Of a stretch of 64,000 bases of DNA, positions 60,254 to 64,000 are shown piece after piece (positions within the stretch are counted from its first letter, which is position 1; the number at the start of each line of letters is the position of its first letter). Source of the stretch: Pseudobdellovibrionaceae bacterium (GTDB lineage Bacteria > Bdellovibrionota > Bdellovibrionia > Bdellovibrionales > Bdellovibrionaceae); contig JBIKLL010000001.1 in assembly GCA_044359815.1 (NCBI GenBank), positions 1 to 64,000 on the forward strand. The letters are read 5' to 3'. The notes beneath the pieces are model-generated. The model did no database searches. It was not told where the DNA came from and saw nothing but the letters and a program-made list of their open reading frames with translations. A program made the translations under genes and the position numbers.

Positions 60254-61156
60254 CTACTTAATTTTATAATTGTAATCAATTTTTTGACCGTCTCGTTCAA
60301 AGCTCAGGCTCAGATTGTTTGTATTTTTTAGAGAACCATAAAGCTCCATGGCCTTGGCTGGACTGTCGATTTTTTCTCCGTTCACTCCGCTCAGACAATC
60401 ACCCACTTGAAACTTTAACTGGGTATAGATGCTTCCAGGCTGAATGTTCAGAAACTTGTAGCATTCAATTTCACCGTTGGCGTTGCGCTTAGGAGCCATC
60501 GCTGCCTGCTGCAGAACTTGAGCCATATTAGCCGTGTATTTTAAAATATCTGCTCGCTTAACTTCGAAAGTATTCGGAGCAGTTTCCCTGACTTCTGAAT
60601 CGCCACCGCCGCCTGCCGCAGGAGCTGCTTGAGCAAAAGATAATTTACTGCCTTGAGTCTTCATCTCGATGTATTCAAGCCTGTTGTTATTGGTGTTTTG
60701 GAAAATAATTTTCCCGCGAAGCACTTCCTGCAACAAAGCCATGCCCTCGATGTCTCGTCCGGGTGAAAACGGCAGAACCGTGTTTTTGCTTTTGATTTCG
60801 ACATTTGCGATAGATTTTTTAGGATTGGAATGCACAATGGTCCCCACCAAGGTCAACGGCAAGCTTGACGGTACTGGAACATCATTTCGCTCACTGCCTG
60901 GAACCTCACCCTTAGGGACAATGGCATCAGGGATTTTGCCGTCCCAATTAAAAATATTCCTGGTCACAATCGTGTTTAGATAGGATCTGGAAACAGTCTG
61001 AGAGGTCACTTGTTTTTTGGGCTTACTGGGTGGAGGTTGAGTCGGGATCATCAGGTCCCGATAATTCATAATCATCAGGTCAGCAATGCAGTAGCCGATA
61101 AACACAAACAGCAAGTAAGGTGCTAAAGTTTTTGCGAAATTTCGAAATTCATTCAC
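60254..61156 (-). CDS. gspC: type II secretion protein GspC (PDZ-containing)
   Basis: TM, RNIF, LTLVGT and a C-terminal PDZ-like domain. Confidence 0.88.
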   Translation of the reverse strand: MNEFRNFAKTLAPYLLFVFIGYCIADLMIMNYRDLMIPTQPPPSKPKKQVTSQTVSRSYLNTIVTRNIFNWDGKIPDAIVPKGEVPGSERNDVPVPSSLPLTLVGTIVHSNPKKSIANVEIKSKNTVLPFSPGRDIEGMALLQEVLRGKIIFQNTNNNRLEYIEMKTQGSKLSFAQAAPAAGGGGDSEVRETAPNTFEVKRADILKYTANMAQVLQQAAMAPKRNANGEIECYKFLNIQPGSIYTQLKFQVGDCLSGVNGEKIDSPAKAMELYGSLKNTNNLSLSFERDGQKIDYNYKIK

Positions 61157-61277
61157 GTCATCGTCCTTGATAACTGGTCCAGATAAAAATTCTACCTTTT
61201 GACGGAAGCCTAGTGTAGCTCAAACACCCGAACTCTACCTTAGGTCAGAGAGATTGAACCTAGCTGGCCCCTTTGCA

Positions 61278-61440
61278 AGTTGGTGAACTTAAAATTCAAA
61301 AAACTAAATCTATGATTTTACTAAAAAAGACCGCAGCTCCTGCTTCTCTGCTCGAGCAAGCTCCCGCCGTCCGGGCTCCGCAGAGGGTCTTTTTCAGTAA
61401 AATCATAGATTTAGTTTTTTGAATTTTAAGTTCACCAACT
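61278..61440. repeat. hairpin element E4: 55-bp arms with type-A core
   Basis: Arms 61278-61332/61386-61440 (54 of 55 complementary); core 61333-61385. Confidence 0.93.
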
Positions 61441-61482
61441 CACCATGGTATTAGAATCAAATTAATGGACTATGGTCTGTAA

Positions 61483-61986
61483 CTAGAGCGCTAGTTGGTT
61501 TAAATCTTTCCCGGTTAATCGGTAAACGGTCCATTCATCCATGGGTTTTGCTCCCAATGACTTGTAAAAAGCAATGGCTCTTTCGTTCCAATTCAAAACT
61601 GACCAATCCAAACGTGGGCATCCGCTCTGCACAGCAATTTGTGCCAATCTGGCAAACAGATGTTTTCCAATTCCTAGGCTTCGAAACTGCGGCAAGACAA
61701 ATAGGTCTTCCAAATACATCCCAGGCTTTCCCAAAAAAGTTGAAAAGCTATTGAAATAAAGCGCAAACCCAACGCTTTCACCATTTCTGCGCGCCATTAA
61801 AACCTTAGCAAATTTATTTTCACCAAATAAATTTTGCCGCAACTGATCTGGATCCAACTTGACTTCATTTTCTAATTTTTCAAACTCTGCCAATTTATTA
61901 ATAAACAGGATAATGGTGGATAAATCGCTTTCGCTCGCAAATTCAATATTTAAAAGGCTTTTGTCAGACAATTCGATTGGGTTCAT
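61483..61986 (-). CDS. GNAT acetyltransferase (diamine/SSAT-like)
   Basis: LAEFEK, FSTFLGKPGMYLEDLFV, RSLGIG and WSVLNWNERAIAFY. Confidence 0.9.
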   Translation of the reverse strand: MNPIELSDKSLLNIEFASESDLSTIILFINKLAEFEKLENEVKLDPDQLRQNLFGENKFAKVLMARRNGESVGFALYFNSFSTFLGKPGMYLEDLFVLPQFRSLGIGKHLFARLAQIAVQSGCPRLDWSVLNWNERAIAFYKSLGAKPMDEWTVYRLTGKDLNQLAL

Positions 61987-62076
61987 TACTAAGTCTATAC
62001 TGGACTTTCTAAAGACCCTGCAAGAAATTATTAATTTGTGATTCAATTCCTAACAAATTCATGGGAAGTTATTATT

Positions 62077-62673
62077 ATGAAAATCTACACAAAAACAGGC
62101 GATGATGGCAGCACCAGTTTATTAAGCGGAAAAAGAGTTTCCAAAGATCATTGGAGACTTCAGATTTACGGAGGCATTGATGAAATCAATAGCTTTCTGG
62201 GATTAGTCACAGCACTTCTGGAGGACAAAGGCCTATCCGCTGGCGGCTTGGAACGTCTTGAAAATTATGTTTATCGGATTCAAGGACAACTGTTTTGCTT
62301 GGGTTCCCATTTTGCTGCTGATGATATTAAAAAAGCTCTTGAACAAAAGATTTTACCTAAATTATCTGATCGTTGGATTACGGATATGGAAAAAGAAATC
62401 GATCTGATGCAAGAGGACCTGGAGCCCTTGAAAAATTTTGTACTGCCAGGGGGCAGCCGATCAGCCGGAGTTCTACATATGACCCGCAGTCTGTGCCGAC
62501 GTGTTGAGAGGGATTTAGTTGCAGCCAAAGACCAACTGGATCAGCAGTTGGATCTTTTTAATTTTTCGCAAAATTATTTAAATCGTCTGAGCGACCTGCT
62601 GTTTGTCGCGGCCAGATATTGCAATCACAAACAAGGCAAAAAAGATAAAATTTGGATCAAAGAAAAGGATTGA
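62077..62673 (+). CDS. PduO-type cob(I)alamin adenosyltransferase
   Basis: KIYTKTGDDGST, YGGIDEINS, FVLPGG, RRVER and YLNRLSD. Confidence 0.93.
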   Translation: MKIYTKTGDDGSTSLLSGKRVSKDHWRLQIYGGIDEINSFLGLVTALLEDKGLSAGGLERLENYVYRIQGQLFCLGSHFAADDIKKALEQKILPKLSDRWITDMEKEIDLMQEDLEPLKNFVLPGGSRSAGVLHMTRSLCRRVERDLVAAKDQLDQQLDLFNFSQNYLNRLSDLLFVAARYCNHKQGKKDKIWIKEKD

Positions 62674-62675
62674 AA

Positions 62676-63803
62676 ATGCGTCTTGAGCTGACCAGTGAAA
62701 AAGACAATTTTAATCTGTGCGAATTTTTCGCAGGCTTTGGCCAGTCAGGGCTAATCGATGTCAAATACCTCAGACATCCCGATTTTTTTGGTCCTTTTAA
62801 AACTTTGTCGGACGAGTATAAAACCTTTTGCTTGCGGGACAACAATGACGAAATCCGAGCCACGGCATCATTTGTATTTCGGAAAGCTTTGATCGATGGC
62901 AAAGTTAAAAAAATTGCGACGGCCACCGACCTGAGGGTGGGACACGACAGAGACGTGATCATTCAGTGGAGCAAGCATTTTTTACCAGTGATGAAAAGTG
63001 TTATGAATGAGCACAAAGTGGATTTTATTTTTTCATCCATCAATTTGTCAGATCCTTTGTTTATGTCGACTTTTGTTCGCCCCAGGACAGCTAAACGACC
63101 CATGCCCAGATATTTTTTGTACCGAAAATTTAATTTGGTTTCCATACATGGCAGATACCCCTTAGCAAATAAAAAACTGGCTTCGATAAAAGTCGAACAC
63201 GCTACTGATGCAACGCTGGGTGAGCTCGCCCAATATGTGAAAAAACGCAGCCAGTACCGTCCTTTTGCTTCCGTGTGGGACGAAGAAAGCCTGCGCCAGA
63301 AGATTTCCAGACTGCCAGGTATGAATATCGAAGACATGCTGATCGCCAGATCTTCACGCGGTGAAATCTTGGGCTGCTTGGGTTACTGGAATCCACTGAA
63401 TGTGCAAAGCATAGTTCCATTGTCTTATTCTTTGAGAGCTCATAATTTCAGACAGATACTAAAATTTCTTTGGATGTTTGGATACACTCGCAGACTGACA
63501 AAACCCGTGGCCTCAACAGGGGTTGAGCGCCCTTTGGAATTCAAATATGTCTTAAACCTGCATTCTGACAATGAAGACGTTTTTGAAAGCCTGCTGTTTG
63601 AAGCCTTTAATTCCATCAGCAAAAGGGAATTTTTGTTGTATGCCCACTGCGAACACGATTACAGATTGTTGCCCCCGCTTGGTTGGGTTTCCGCCAGCAT
63701 ACCTTATGCTATGTACACAGTGGTTGGACCCGATCAAGAAATGCCTGATTTTTTAAACCCATCGATCGCTGTAAATCCCGAAGTCGAATCTCTTTGGATT
63801 TAA
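62676..63803 (+). CDS. hypothetical protein, possible tandem GNAT-like fold
   Basis: 376 aa; R.PDFF and TDLRV patterns; starts 2 nt after the PduO stop. Confidence 0.65.
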   Translation: MRLELTSEKDNFNLCEFFAGFGQSGLIDVKYLRHPDFFGPFKTLSDEYKTFCLRDNNDEIRATASFVFRKALIDGKVKKIATATDLRVGHDRDVIIQWSKHFLPVMKSVMNEHKVDFIFSSINLSDPLFMSTFVRPRTAKRPMPRYFLYRKFNLVSIHGRYPLANKKLASIKVEHATDATLGELAQYVKKRSQYRPFASVWDEESLRQKISRLPGMNIEDMLIARSSRGEILGCLGYWNPLNVQSIVPLSYSLRAHNFRQILKFLWMFGYTRRLTKPVASTGVERPLEFKYVLNLHSDNEDVFESLLFEAFNSISKREFLLYAHCEHDYRLLPPLGWVSASIPYAMYTVVGPDQEMPDFLNPSIAVNPEVESLWI

Positions 63804-63829
63804 AAACTGCTATATGACCCACCTGGCTT

Positions 63830-64000
63830 CGGCTAATTTGAATTTTAAAAAAATATTTCTATGATTTCACATCTTGTGAATACATCCAGCGAGCGCGACG
63901 TTTAATTTACCGCCGCATATCTCGTGTTACGTAAATGCAAAGATAATTTTTTTCACTATTTTTAGACACTCGCTAACGGCCGCGGGCTCATCTCTCGTAT
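63830..64000. repeat. element E5: inverted second copy of E1, truncated by window end
   Basis: 63930-64000 is the exact reverse complement of 26041-26111; 63830-63929 is a diverged homologue of the reverse complement of 26112-26194. Confidence 0.92.

Noticed and set aside
48422..60983. Many 60-120 aa antisense or alternate-frame ORFs overlapping gsp genes (similar ones overlap act, MMPL and thrS)
   Set aside because: They are shadow ORFs of well-supported genes, with no recognisable motifs or RBS.
61987..62076. Cobalamin riboswitch upstream of the PduO-type gene
   Set aside because: The intergenic space is about 90 bp and no B12-box is recognisable.

Overview
AT-rich bacterial chromosomal window, inferred to be from Bdellovibrionota from gene content and protein style. 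Core loci: a complete type II secretion operon (gspC-N) followed by ssb, system II cytochrome c maturation genes upstream of an alternative complex III operon (actA-F), and thrS-infC (infC starts at ATC). Accessory loci: a TetR-linked MMPL/LolA-like/beta-barrel operon, an ECF sigma / membrane partner / exported caspase-barrel module with a matching pair of divergent promoter-like motifs, and many secreted or lipoprotein unknowns. The most unusual signal is non-coding. Five intergenic loci (about 25.8, 43.7, 47.3, 61.3 and 63.8 kb) carry long hairpin elements. Their AT-rich arms differ between copies but are near-perfectly complementary within each copy, and they enclose two kinds of conserved GC-rich structured core, one with compensatory base changes. 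No transposase, integrase, reverse transcriptase, cas, tRNA or rRNA gene was recognised. All protein calls come from motif reading by eye; no database searches were run.
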